DNA of 64,000 bases, from assembly GCA_973895155.1 (NCBI GenBank), contig OZ316891.1:5427708-5491707 (forward strand). Reading direction: 5' to 3'. Position 1 is the first letter of the stretch, and every line of letters begins with the position of its first letter. Shown in pieces: positions 1 to 12,696 of the stretch. The translations under genes were made by a program, and so were the position numbers. The notes beneath the pieces were generated by a model, which searched no databases, was not told the origin of the DNA, and saw only the letters and a program-made list of their open reading frames with translations. Source of the DNA: Marsupella aquatica. Lineage: Eukaryota > Plantae > Marchantiophyta.

Positions 1-875
1 CCCTTCACCTTTGAAATAAAACCCCCTCTAAACCCCCTTAAGTGTATTCTTGCTAATTTGTCATTCATACTTTGGCATGAAGGGTTTGATGTGTGGGGTG
101 AGTTTAGGAACAAACTTATCTTCATGTAACCCTGGAATTGAAAAGTAACCCTTTTAGTCACAAATGAAGCCATTTAATGAGTTATGCCCTTTGCCTATAA
201 ATGAATGAAATTACCCCTCCTTCCGACTGCATTGTTATGTTTTATACACAAACTATGGTTTTACATCCAATGGTAGTGCATTTTTTGGACTTTGGGTTGG
301 CCTCATGTGTACTTTGTCTGTGCCCATGTAAATACCTTTGTGAAATTTAGTAAAGGGGCCAATGGAGTAAAGGAACAATAAAGAGGAGGGGCCGATAGGA
401 GGCAATCATCCCCCTGTTTTTACTAGACAGTGAAATGCCATATAGTTCTCTTGTGGTCAAGGAAAGTTGGTGCCCTGGAAAAACAAAGCATTACTTTAGA
501 TGTGTTTAATAAGGATGGTACAATATATCATAATTCCTAGGCTTTAATATCAGCTGGGCACTTACACACCAAACAATGATAATACCCCTTTTGAAATATG
601 TCTATTGATGACATTTTCTATGTGAGGGTCTATTTCTAGGAGGTCTCTAATACGACTAGTGGCATTTAGGGGTCCTAAAAGTACCAAAACAAGAAGGTCA
701 AGATAGCCCATACCAATAGTAGCCACGTCTCCTCCTCACAAAAGTCATAAAAGGTGTAAGTTTTAAAAGACAAGCCAGTTTAGTTCCACCATTGGGTAGG
801 ATAGTGCACTCTATTTGCCCTAATCTTAGGTTTATTGGAAAGCTGGCTATCAACGAGCTCTTCATTTCTATTATA

Positions 876-1565
876 TATACTAGTGGTCCTCAAGGGCAAC
901 ACAACAATTGGATGATAATTGGGAAGGTATATAGGGTTTAGAAAATACCCCGGAAAACTAAAGGAGGGGCTCTAAAGTGGGGGTTTGGCGACATGTTGAG
1001 CACAAAATACAAAGGAAGGGTAAGGTTGGGAAAACGGGGATATTTAGGGAAGGGGACATGGTCTCAGAAAATTGAGTTTGTATTTGGAATCAGGGGGTAC
1101 TGCTTACTCTACTCAGTGAATTTGGGTTCCACTTGAGAAGTTCAAAAAATGGCATTTCTGGAAGGGTACTAGGCTTTTGGAACACTTGTTTCAAAATTGG
1201 ATAATTATCTAAGAAAGGTGCACTCTATTACAGCTAATGTTAGGCTCAATAGAAAGCTATTAACAACCTCTTCACTTCTCACATAGTAGATGTCAATAAT
1301 AAATCCATTTTGTGCACATTCAGCGGGATTCAGTTTGGGGAGTTTTTGAGCAAAAAGTACACAAAATGACTTTCTTATTGAGCAAAAAATAAATAATGCA
1401 AGTTGATGGCATGACAAATATGGTACACTTAAGAAAGAATTGATAATGCAAGAAATAAGATGCGTTGACTTGCATGAGGGCATTGTGTTTCTATACTAGT
1501 GGTCCTCAAGGGCAACACAACAATTGGATGATAATTGGGAAGGTATAGGGTTTAGAAAATACCCC
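876..1565. repeat. ~75-bp direct repeat pair (876-951 and 1492-1565)
   Basis: TATACTAGTGGTCCTCAAGGGCAACACAACAATTGGATGATAATTGGGAAGGTAT(AT)AGGGTTTAGAAAATACCCC occurs twice, differing by a 2-bp indel. Confidence 0.9.
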
Positions 1566-4157
1566 AAAAAACACCTGTCTAGTAAAGGTATAAGGGGTAC
1601 TCTAACCTCAAGGTAAGGTATCAAACTAGTATATAGGGTCAAAGAGATGTGGACTACTGATCAAGGTAATAAGGCAAGCATGATGCGCTATACAAATTTA
1701 GGTAACTCATAGACAGTGTACTAACATATCCCATCTTGACACTAAAGAGGAGCCTAGTCCTGAATACCAATCTCGTGTTGTGTTCAAGCCAAAACTATGT
1801 TGTCTTCAAGGTAACCTTGTGTCTTCTCTATACAAATACTTGTATGAAACAGTTGTTTGGGGGTAGGTTAAACATTTACCTCACTTAAATATGCCATCAT
1901 CCATAAAAGCAATCTACATTTTCTTTCAATATCCTTGTGAAAGGTATGGATAATAGTTTTACTACTATTATAGTTATGTACATTTATCTTTTATCAAATT
2001 ATATATATGTGCAAGGTATTTAAGCCAAGTACTTAATTTTCAAAGTTGTCACTTGAGCTATCTGGTAACGTGAATACCATCCATTTTAATCTGTAAAAAT
2101 TAGTATGCATGGGTGCAGATGGATGTGTGATGACATGCGTAGGTAGTATGATAGGATGCCCCGCCGAGTCAAGGAATCTTTTGCCCTCATTCTCTCATTC
2201 TTGAATTGGCGCTCATTTTGCTGATCGTTTGTTCACGATGCACCTTATTGTTTGTTCGTGCTTTGACTGACAGTGTAATCTTAGCACTCGCATCTTGTTC
2301 TATTGTTGCTACTTGCATCAATGTCGCTCGCACCGGGTGTGCATTCCTTCGTGCTCTGATTGTCAGGAGTACTCGCCCGTGGATCTTGAGTGTGCCTGTC
2401 TTTATGCTCCGACTGTCAACCGGTTTTACTCGATCTTGAGTGACTGTGCATGTCTTTATGCTTTGATAGTCAGTGCTAATCGTCTGTGGCCATATTAGTC
2501 AGGCTTTTTGGTGTGTGCCCTCATGTACTTGGACCTGTGCGCTCTCACATGTTCGGCTCTGCACAAATGTTATGCTATGCGCGCCGGTGGCAGTCCCCCA
2601 CAACTAGTGATTGACATTCGTGGTACGTGGTATGCTCATTCGTGCTTCCAAATTTTGTGGTTTTCTTGTGAGCGTCCCAAGTTTTTGTAGTGGCACTTGC
2701 TTGTCTTTGCTTGTTCCTCTTGCTAAAAGCTAGCAATGTTTGGCAGTCGCTCGCTTGATGTCTAAGCTTGTTCCTCCCATAATTTTGAAGAAGCGGGATT
2801 CAGCGGCCCTTCACCATTCTGTGTATTCCAGCTTTTCAGGTAGGTTTGGCCAGTCTTTGCTCTAGTTTGGATTAATTTTATCAGTTATTGCTTGAATATC
2901 TTTACATAGTCTCCACGTTATGGTTGCGGCTGCATATAGGTTGTCTTCTTGTCCATTTGTTCATACTAAGTAGTCTGGATCAGAAGGTTGATTGAAACTG
3001 TGTTGAAGCTTCTCTCACTTGGCTCTCTCGTGTCTCATTGTCATGCTCTCTATCTGTCGTCAGTGTGACAATTGACACTCAGTGAGGCAAAGTACATTTG
3101 AAGGCCACGATCAATCAAAACTCTTCTTGGTCTATCTCGGCTCGGGCTTTTCACTTGGCACCAAGGTATTTAATTACATTTTTCTTACCCCCTTTGTCAA
3201 ATCGTTGCTCTGTGGCTGAACAGTCCTTTCCACTACCATCTCCTTCATTGTCTCCACTCTTCCCGTTGAGTATTCTATGTCTTCCTTGCTTTCGCTTGGT
3301 GATCTCCTTCCAGCTCAGTTCTGTGCCATTGGAATGTCCTCCGTGATGCCTCTCACCATCCCTCTCCCAATCTGGAGAATTATCACGCTCACTGATCCTT
3401 TTAAATTTTGATAAATGATTTTGACTCTTATCCGCAGTCTTTTGAATTGGCCCCTCTTCTTCCTCGTCACCTTGCCCTAAAACCCCGCCTCAATCCTGTG
3501 TGCACTCCTTCCTTCATCTCCATTCGCATCCCTACCATCTTCCATGGCGTTTGACTCTCTTTCACCCAAAGCATAAACAGTACACTTCACAAGATGACGT
3601 AGCTAAATTTTAAGGTTAATGAAGGATTGACCTGTTCTGTGAAAATCTGGCAGTGTACTGGATTTGACATCGACCACCAATCATGCTGCATTTTCAAAGA
3701 GTTCAATTATTTTGAAAGAAAGGAGCAACCAGCAGCTGACAAGCAACAAACTTACTAGTACACAGTCATAACAAACCAAATTAAGGTGAGTGATCTTTGC
3801 TTGGCTTAGTCATTGGTTGGAATTTCCAAGAGTGCAAGAGTGATTGGAGAGATAGATGTGAAAGATCCAATTGAATACAATTCTATGAACATATTACAGT
3901 CACATGGAAGAATCTAAATATGTGTATCAATGTCTAATAGTAATTGATAGAAGAATAGGAATTGGAGTCGGCCACAAGTGAACATGCTTAAATGAACGAT
4001 TGAAACCCTAAATTCCACTGCAAAAACCAGTCACAGGTCATTTTTCTCTGAAGCTCAACTCAATAAGAACCCTAAAATCCATTTCAGGGGTCACCAAGAC
4101 GTGGAGAATATCTTCATGATTCTTTAATACATAAAACACCCGTAACCCTATCTGATC

Positions 4158-4623
4158 CACGGACCAATGTTTCGTGACTCCCTACTTCAAGAAACATGAT
4201 TCATAGTCTGTGATCTACATACCCTTGGATCCACGGAGCACAGTTCCGTGAGTGCCTAATCCTGTCAAGCACTGGATGAACGGAACACTGTTCCGTGACT
4301 CCCTGATTCAGGAAACATGGTTCATAGTCTGTGATCTACATACCCTTGGATCCACGGAACACAGTTCCATGAGTGCCTAATCCCATCAAGCACTGGATGA
4401 ACGGAACACTGTTCCGTGACTCCCTGATTCAGGAAACATGGTTCATAGTGTCTGATCTAGACATACACTTGGATCCACGGAACACAGTTTCGTGAGTGCC
4501 TAATCCCATCAGGCACTGGATGAAGGGAACACTATTCCGTATACTTCCCCTAGATATTGTCTAAAATTAATCCAAGAACTCTAAACTAAATAACTAACAT
4601 GTACCACGGAACACCGTTCCGTG
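4158..4623. repeat. Tandem array (~121-bp period) carrying palindrome CACGGAAC-N3-GTTCCGTG
   Basis: Palindrome copies start at about 4158, 4232, 4279, 4353, 4400, 4476, 4523 and 4605 (4605 is perfect). Outlying copies at 5306-5330, ~6849 (degenerate) and 11000-11018. Confidence 0.92.
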
Positions 4624-4753
4624 AATCATCTAAATATATGGAAAACGACATTGCTACTAGGAATGCTCATCAGTAATGTCTGTCAATTGAAACAAATAAG
4701 CTTTTCTCTATAGATCTCCTGAGATAACTTGTTTGTATTGTGATAATTAACAG

Positions 4754-5306
4754 ACGTCAAGGAGCAATGGACAGATGCTCAATACAAAACATTGAATCTT
4801 TCTTACCGGTCTTTGTGAGAATACTTTCCGAACAGGAATTGGTGAAGTCAGCAACTCAGCTATCTGGGAATCTTATTCCCGGACTTCCGGATGACATTGT
4901 TGTAAACATAATATGGCCAATAATAAAAATGTCATTTGACCATGGGGCTCAGTCGGGGAATCTAACACACCCAATCATCCTTAGTTTTTTCTCCTTACGA
5001 GGACTCTCAAGAAAGTGGAATCATCTAGTCAATAATACATACTTGATGGGAATGATTAAAATCACAGAAAGTGATTTAAAAGGCATACACCCATTAGTAA
5101 TTCCAGAAGAACATCTTTCTCAGACAATATCATGTCTCTACTCAAAGTATCCTACATTTCGGTTTTTTGGAACTATGTCCTCTAAGCACATTAACCAATT
5201 CGCAAAAAGTTTTGATCGGTTACATCCAAGACTAAAATGGGACTTTCTAATAGATTGTTGGAATTTAGGATACATTGAAAGTGCACCATGGGATCAGATG
5301 AATTGA
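4754..5306 (+). CDS. F-box-like protein (single exon after a splice acceptor)
   Basis: ORF 4740-5306 contains LIPGLPDDIVVNIIWP...FSLRGLSRKWNHLV, a typical plant F-box signature. Acceptor AATTAACAG lies just upstream of the ATG. Confidence 0.65.
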
Positions 5307-8300
5307 TTCACGGAACACTATTCCGTGAATGGTTCATGAGCTACAGACCTTCTATGCAAACTAGAGAAGATTAGACTTGCAGCATAGGCACAATATCACT
5401 AGAGCTGCTTGATTGGTTTCCTCTCAGAAACAATTTGTAATCGTTACATATTTTGTGAATAAAAAGTTTTGGCCAGAATCTATTTCTCTATCTATGGTTG
5501 CGTCATCGATCTAAGAATTTAATTCTTGAGACACATCATATTGATTTCTACAGATGGAGGACAAAGATGATGGGAAAGGAAAGAGGAAGGTGGAAGAGAG
5601 TACATCAAATCCTCGAGGAAAAATACAGAAGGTGTCTGAATCGGCTGAAGACACACTATTAAGAAAATACAGAGGTCCCAAGATAAAGAAAGTTGTTTGC
5701 GATGAAGCTTTGGTAGTCCATCTAGTGAAATTTGACAGTGTTGATAGCTGGGGAATCGTGCTCTATAATGAAAACATTTACATAGCAATGGACTGTGGCA
5801 CTCTGAGAGTGATATCAGATCATCGGGTCAATGGTTGCTTCTTCAAGAAGAACCTAGGCATGGAAGACTTCCAAGAAGCATTGTGCTTCTTGATGGAAGA
5901 TGTGAATTCCAAAACTATGGTTGGGCTTTGTATGCGAATGAATGACTACACAAAATTTGATCAGAGTCAAATTGATGATCTAGTCAAACTGTCTCCAAGG
6001 TACAGACCTTCACCAGGACAGGAGATGATGCCTTTGACTCCCGAAGATACAACCGGTGAAGACATTGCAGCCTACATAGTTGAAGTGCTTGAGAGCACTG
6101 GATCACCATTTGTGAATTTGTTTTCCATTGGGAGGAAAGGGGAGATAGGACCAGGAAACTTGCCAGAAGAGTTGACTGCAGAACGTGCAACTAAATTGTT
6201 CAATTCCCTTTTGACAGAGTACAAAGATCTCACTCTTTTTGACGGTGAATCAATTACTGTTAATACACTACGATGTAAGATAGGGCCAGACGATTACAAG
6301 TGTAGAGTCTTTGATAGAAAATACTGTGAGTTGTTAAAAGGGTCACTCATGGGTCACTCATCAATTTCTCTGGAAAAGAAGACTGTCTACCTTGTCCCCA
6401 TCCAATGGGATTCTGAATCCGCCAAGGCAAACAATATGTACAATGGAACACCGTTCAAATCAAGACCATCCCGAAGTGTTCTTGATTCCTGTTACTTTTG
6501 GATTGTTGGTGGACAACATACCATCGAAGCTTACAAGATGCTGATGTTAGATCCCAAATTTGATCCAAAGAGGAAGGATCTACTTCAAACTGTCAACGCC
6601 TATCTTTTTTGGACTCCATTCAATATGTCAGGAAAAACACGGATAATGGGGTTGTCTCAAGCTCTGAACAACATGAATCGGACATCGATGCCAGAAAGCC
6701 AGTTCCTTCTCATGGCAAAGCAAGTCCGCTCAATTTGGATTTTTGCTGGTCGACCGGATCCAGCTTTGTCAAAGTCAGCCAAGTCAACGTATAAGGTAAG
6801 CACAATGTAATTCATAGATTTTTGGGTGCCTTATGCAAGTAGTTTTTATATGAAACAGTGTTCCCTAGCTGGTCCATGTCTTCTCAAAAGTAAATTCACC
6901 TTTTTGTGAACTGTGTTTGCAGGCATTTCTGAAACCTGCAAGGATCGCTTACCCGACAGCTGTTATAGTGAATGGCCAGATGCGATTTGTAGAAATGTCA
7001 CCTTTCCTATTTGAAATGTCAGACGAGACATTTCAAAAGTGGATGGAAGTGCAGCGGATGTCGGAGGAAGGAGAACTCATTCACTATAATCGACTTCGAC
7101 AGGCAGATGCAAAACCTTATCAGGAGCGCACAACTTGGCATCTGAAGAGAAGGTTTTTTACACACCTTCAAGGGCTTGAAGACCGGGATTTGTCCAAAAT
7201 AGCCACTTATCTGATTGAGGGAAGGAACATCTCTCTCTATCCTAAGAAGAGAAATGATAAGTCATACGATCCAGTGGCGGAAAAGGAGTGGAGATCATTT
7301 GAGCAATTAATACTGTCGAGGCAAGAAGTACAAGAGGGTTTTTCAGGTGATATGCCTGAAGCAATTTACAGAGAAAACTAGGGTGAACAATTTCAAGAAG
7401 TTGAACAAGGTGCAGCTCAAGCGTAAGTTCAAAGAGGTGAAGGAGTTCTTCCATCTTGATTCTGAGAGGATTGCTTTGCTGCGCGAGGCTATGGGAGAGA
7501 AAGTTCTGAAGATGGGAATTAATCAAAATTGCAAGTGGACTCACTTGATTGAAAAACTTCCTGCGCCTTTTGAGAACCTTGTTGAGTCTATTCAAATGAT
7601 GTTTGACCAGGCTGGAAACTTGAGAGTTGTCAAGACAAATGACCTCTTCCGTCTTAGATCAATAAGTGGATTTGGGAGCATAACGTTTTTTAGAAAATTG
7701 GCCGAGGGTTACAAAAACAAAGCCAACTTTTTCTTCTTTGACCTGACAATGTCCCCAGCGTTTGGTCCATACAACCGAGAGTTTTATGACGGATTTTTCA
7801 AAGCAACAGCGGTCGTCGGTTGTCCAAAACACAAGATTGTGTTGATCATGAATCCAATGGAGGTAACGGACATGACTTCGGCAATGTGTCGCATCCCGGG
7901 GTACATCACAGTGCAGGCTCAATACATGCGGAAGAAAACAGGAGGAGATCGGGATGGAACACAACTTTTGGAAAATGATGGCAAAGTAGTCCAGTATGTC
8001 TCGTATAACTTTTTCAATCAGGCATTTGATGCTTCAAAAGATCAACCAGACAGGCAGGAGCCCATTCAGGCTTGCCTAAACGACAACATCAGGAATTTTG
8101 AAGAAGCGGTAACGGAAGAGAGTCTTGTCAAAGAGAAGAGCACTGAATTTTATCAGTACCTAGTGAAACTTCTCATGAAGCATCAAGATAGAGCAATCTG
8201 TTTTGGTGAAGGCCGCAGGTTAACTCAATGTCTTATGGTAAGAATGATCTTTCCTCAAGTTTAGTTTGCAGTAAAAGTTTCCCTATTGCTTTAGACTGAA

Positions 8301-8640
8301 GATGGTTTGAGACTAATTTCACATTGCCAATTTCAGGAGTTCGAAGTCAATGTCAGAAGCTATTGCTCAATAGAAAGTCATGAAGCAACCACAAATTACT
8401 TCAACGTACACTTTGTTTCCAAGATTTGAGGAAGTGCCTCAAAAATGTCCTGACAGAGAATCTTTTGAAAACCTCCTAAAGAGAAAGGTCGAGAAAAAGA
8501 GAAGCATTTATCATGTCCGAGATGATTTGACTGACACATTAAAAGAAAACTATCGACTCAATGATGATGAGATCTATCGAGTCATTCGAGAGTATGGACT
8601 TCAGGAACAAAGTGATCCTATTGCAGACTCCTTACCTTAT

Positions 8641-10648
8641 AACACGATTTCGGACCGACCGAGAAGTGTGTCAGAGTTCTCGTTTAGCCCGATCCCATTT
8701 TTTTCTAAGGCAATTCAATGACCGATAAAACTGGCAAAAACTCTTCGAAATGCCACTTTCCTCCATTGCATCGCCGCGGGAATGCAGGGGGCGATACGTG
8801 CATCGGGTTTTACATTCCGTCAATGAAAAAGTCCGAACTGCGAGTAACTTGGTCCGAACCGCGTAATCCAGGAACGACCACGCACTAACCCAGGTAAAGG
8901 GGAAACTTAACCATGGTTAAGGGGAAATTAACCATGGTTTAGAGCGTCTCCTATATAATTAAAGAGGAGCGGGCTGCCCATAAAACGTTTGCTTTTGCTA
9001 GAGCAAATATCTCCTGACTGAGAGCGAATACCAAACTCCCATCGAGTCTTACATTCCTCCCAAGCGATTCGACTCTTTCTACCGAAAACCCGATAAATTT
9101 ATCGGAACAGCCATTCCTGTTCAAGTTCTCCATGTAAGACTAACTAGTCATTTAGTGTAAAATGTCCAGATCCGAGCGGACTGCGATAAATTTATCGTAT
9201 TCTGCATTCCTCTGTTGCAATCATTTGATCCAGTGTTTAGAGAGGTGTTGCCTTCATTCCGATAAATTTATCGGAGTCTTCATTCCTTTCATGGAAAGAG
9301 GAGTAATTGAGAATCCGATAAATTTATCGGAGTTGTCATTTTTGTGAAAGATTGAATTTAGGGCTTAGGTGTCTGAGGAAGTCATATTTTCAATTCGAAT
9401 GCGGAGTGCGATAAACTTATCGCATCCTCCTATGCGAAAAACTTATTGGCGGTGGCCCTTTTATAGTGTCTGTTGAGGGGTTGGCCCACGTGTCCACTTT
9501 TGATTGTTTGTCACCCTAAACGACAAAATAGCAAAAAAGGTAATATTTCTTGGATTTCCAATTTCATTCTCACATGTGCATCGTGGCAAAATTATATAGT
9601 TTTGAAATTGAAGCGATAAATTTATCTGATGTTGGTATTGCAAAAGTGGTTCCTTCATATGGAAGTTGCAATTTGAAATTGAAGCGATAAATTTATCTGA
9701 TGTTGGTATTGCAAAAGTGGTTTCTTCATATGGAAGTTGCAATTTGAAATTGAAGCGATAAATGTATCTAATGTTGGTATTGCAAAAGTGGTTCCTTCAT
9801 ATGGAAGTTGCAATTTTGAAATTGAAGCGATAAATTTATCTGATGTTGGTATTGCAAAAGTGGTTTCTTCATATGGAAGTTGCAATTTGAAATTGAAGCG
9901 ATAAATGTATCTAATGTTGGTATTGCAAAAGTGGTTCCTTCATATGGAAGTTGCAATTTTGAAATTGAAGTGATAAATTTATCTGATGTTGGTATTGCGA
10001 AGAGTTTTCTTCATATGGATAGGAATTTTGAAATTTAACCGATGAACCGAAGGATCTTAGTATTGTCGATTAGTATTTTTGTCGCCCGTAGTTTTCGCGA
10101 TAATTTTATCGGACTGCGCATTGCTGTTGAAAGAATGGCATGTTGACTATGGTCACTTGCGGAGGTAACTGGTCAATTGCGGAGGTAACTGCAAGGTAAG
10201 TTTGACAAACCGTGCAGTAATTCTTATCGATTGTGATGTAAAATATTTTTGGTAAATATCCAAAAACTGAGAAAACTGAGATTGGGTCGGAGCTTTCATG
10301 GCTCAAATCCGGAGTCCGATACAGTTATCGCACTTGGCTCGAAACGTGGATATGGATTTATAGATAAGACCTTTCATATATCTTCGGAGAGCGTGAATAT
10401 GAGGTTGAGAAGAAAGTTTTTCGGATCTAATTGTTCCTTGATAATATGAATGTTTGTTAGCATGAATTTCATTGGTTTTGATCATTATTAAATTTGTTGT
10501 TTCAATCCGAACTCCGATACGAATTACATTATTTCCCCAAAAATGTGTTTTTGATGAAAAAAACTGCCGATTTCGCGAGATTCAGCGGAAAATGAAAATA
10601 CACTTCTCGTTTAGAGGAAATAGTTCTCGTTCGGTCCGAAATCATGTT
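8641..10648. mobile_element. Non-autonomous TIR DNA transposon, ~2.0 kb, 25-bp TIRs, 4-bp TTAT target-site duplication
   Basis: Left TIR AACACGATTTCGGACCGACCGAGAA (8641-8665) and right TIR TTCTCGTTCGGTCCGAAATCATGTT (10624-10648), 2 mismatches. TTAT at 8637-8640 and 10649-10652. Removing the element restores the frame ...DSLPY-ELPTIIPKGPLR. Confidence 0.85.
9090..10030. repeat. Palindrome CCGATAAATTTATCGG copies plus a ~6 x 71-72-bp tandem minisatellite
   Basis: Perfect 16-bp palindromes at 9090, 9259 and 9315; variants at 9183, 9408, 10097 and 10316. Tandem units begin near 9601, 9672, 9743, 9815, 9886 and 9958, each containing GCGATAAATTTATCTG-like sequence. Confidence 0.93.
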
Positions 10649-11659
10649 TTATGAGCTTCCTACAATTATCCCAAAAGGACCTTTAAGAGGTAACATTGAG
10701 ACAACTAAGGACTAAATAGTTGTTGAGTAATGAACTAGGATAATTGCAGAAAACCATTCTCTGAATTTCAGTTTATCTAGTTTATTCAGTTTAAGATGGG
10801 TGCTGAAAGATTGTTCCATCTTAGATTTTTCATTCAAATGTGTTGGGTTTAGTCTGTTAATGTTAGTGTAGTATGGAGCGTTTTAGATTTCTCAGGATCT
10901 GCAATGAAATCCAAGCACTTGTCAGATTGGTTATTGATTATTCAAATTGATATCAAATACAGTTATTGAGTATATTTGAGTAAATCTCTTGGCATCTATG
11001 GTGGAACACTGTTCCGTGAACTGTACATATATCATGTATAGAAATTTGTTCATTTCCATCTCCATTAACTTGTCTAGTATATTAAAGTTTTCCTTTGATT
11101 GCACTAGGTGACCATCGGGTCGAGATCATTGGGGAATATCATAAGAGGTCTAAGAGAGGTATAACTGAAGAGGATCAATTGAGAGTGAGTGGAAAATTTT
11201 CTGCTGATAAGGAAATCGAGAAGAGGTCCAACCTGAGTGAGGATGAGCCCAAGAGGAAAGAGTGGCGTTCTAAAGTTTTCGGAGAAAAAAAAGGAGAGAT
11301 CACATTTGAATGCCAAGATGATACCCCCTCTAAAGACAATTCAGACAGTCGAGAAACTATTCCTGAGAGTGAAGGTGAAGATGTAGGTTCTTTGGAGGAA
11401 ATGGCAAGTGAAATAGGGGATGACAGTGAGAATGAAGATGTTCCACAATTGGGCCAAGAATTGCAAGGTGAAGGTTTTCAGGGACCGTGGGATGAGGATA
11501 GCAACAAAGATGATGATGAAGAACAAATGAGCTATCCGATTGAGGGAAATTCAAAAAAATGTATCCATATTCCTATTCAAAGTCTTGGGGTGGGACCTCG
11601 ACCGTATTGTAGATATTGCAAAAGAGAGGCGATAAGGAATACACATGACGCACAAAAAA

Positions 11660-12150
11660 GGGAGCAAGAAGTTCAAAAGGCCGAAGAGAAACAAAAGGCC
11701 AAAGTTGAAGAGGAAGCAAGGAAGCTCAAGGAGGAGATGGTTCATAAGGAAAAACAACACAAGGAGAGGGAGGAGAGGTATAAGGAAGAGAAAGAGAGGG
11801 AGGAGAGGGAAGCGACGGATAAGGAGGAGAAAGAGGAGAAGGATAGGAAAGAGAGGGAGGAGAGGGAGCAAAAAGATAAACACGAGAAGGAGGAGAAGGA
11901 TAGGGAAGAGAGCGAGGAGAGGGAGCGGAAAGATAAGCCAGAGGAGGAGGAGAAGTACAGGAAAGAGACGGATAGGAAAGAGACGGATAGGAAAGAGACG
12001 GAGGAGAACGATACGGTTGATGCGGAGAGGACAAAGAAGTATAAGGTTGACAAAGAGACCGACAGAAGAAAAAGGGGTCAAGAAAAGGAGGAGAGCAAAA
12101 AGCAGAGAAACATTAACGAGAAGGACAACGAGCTAAGAGACAAGAAGAAA
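11660..12150 (+). repeat. Purine-rich low-complexity coding repeat (E/K/R/D-rich linker)
   Basis: GAGGAGAAGGATAGG and AAAGAGACGGATAGG repeats translate as KEEKEEKDRKERE...KETDRKETDR. Confidence 0.85.
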
Positions 12151-12696
12151 GGCATTCAACTCACCAAAATTGTGGATGAGAATCCCAAAATTGATTCTGC
12201 AACAGACGAGCAATATGCAGACACTTTGCGAGAACTTCGACCCCCATTTGGTGGACGGAAGTTGAGAAAAGGAAAATTATCTCCTGGCACAGAGTCTGAG
12301 TCTGACATGAAAAGGCTTTCCTTCAATTGCAAGTCACAAGATATGAAAGATGATTCATTCCTTGCAGCAGGTTTGATGAGCGGGGTCGTACCATGCAGCG
12401 AATCGCCAAACATTCATGATAGACGGAACAGTGTTTTGTCAATTGACCATCCAATGTTCATACAACCAAATGGATAGGATCCGCCAGAAGAGTCAACATC
12501 TCAAAGAGGAAAAGAGAGACTTTCACAATCTGACCTGATGGAGATAAACTCAACATCGGAAACATCCGGATCAAACATTTCAAAGGTACAACACATGCAA
12601 TTTTATGTAAGCTTCTACAATATTAGATACATGTTCACATGGGGTGTAGCTCTTGGGTACATAATCAATTTCTGAAAGAAAATTGTATCCTTGCAG

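Larger units (their letters stand above)
5554..12585 (+). pseudogene. Gene A: ParB/Srx-like domain + degenerate amino-DNA-methyltransferase-like domain + charged linker (disrupted, multi-exon)
   Basis: Phase-compatible exons: 5554-6795; 6923-8237 (+1 frameshift near 7307-7310); 8337-8640 joined to 10653-10689 (frameshift near 8420, split by a TIR insertion); 11108-12585 (in-frame TAG at 12475). Motifs KCRVFDRKYCELLKGSL and YFWIVGGQHTIEA (ParB/DGQHR-like); ANFFFFDLT and EKSTEFYQYLVKLLMKHQDRAICFGEG (MTase motif IV/X/I-like). Confidence 0.6.

Noticed and set aside
4158-4623. Canonical bacterial parS (TGTTNCACGTGAAACA)
   Set aside because: Only a partial resemblance (TGTTCCGTGA), with a different symmetry centre; it is called parS-like by analogy only
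9461-9956. Minus-strand ORFs MQLPYEETT...
   Set aside because: Translations of the minisatellite; the same applies to the ORFs at 16238-16585
11551-12136. Overlapping ORFs rich in L/F/S/P or R
   Set aside because: Shadow frames of the purine-rich low-complexity linker
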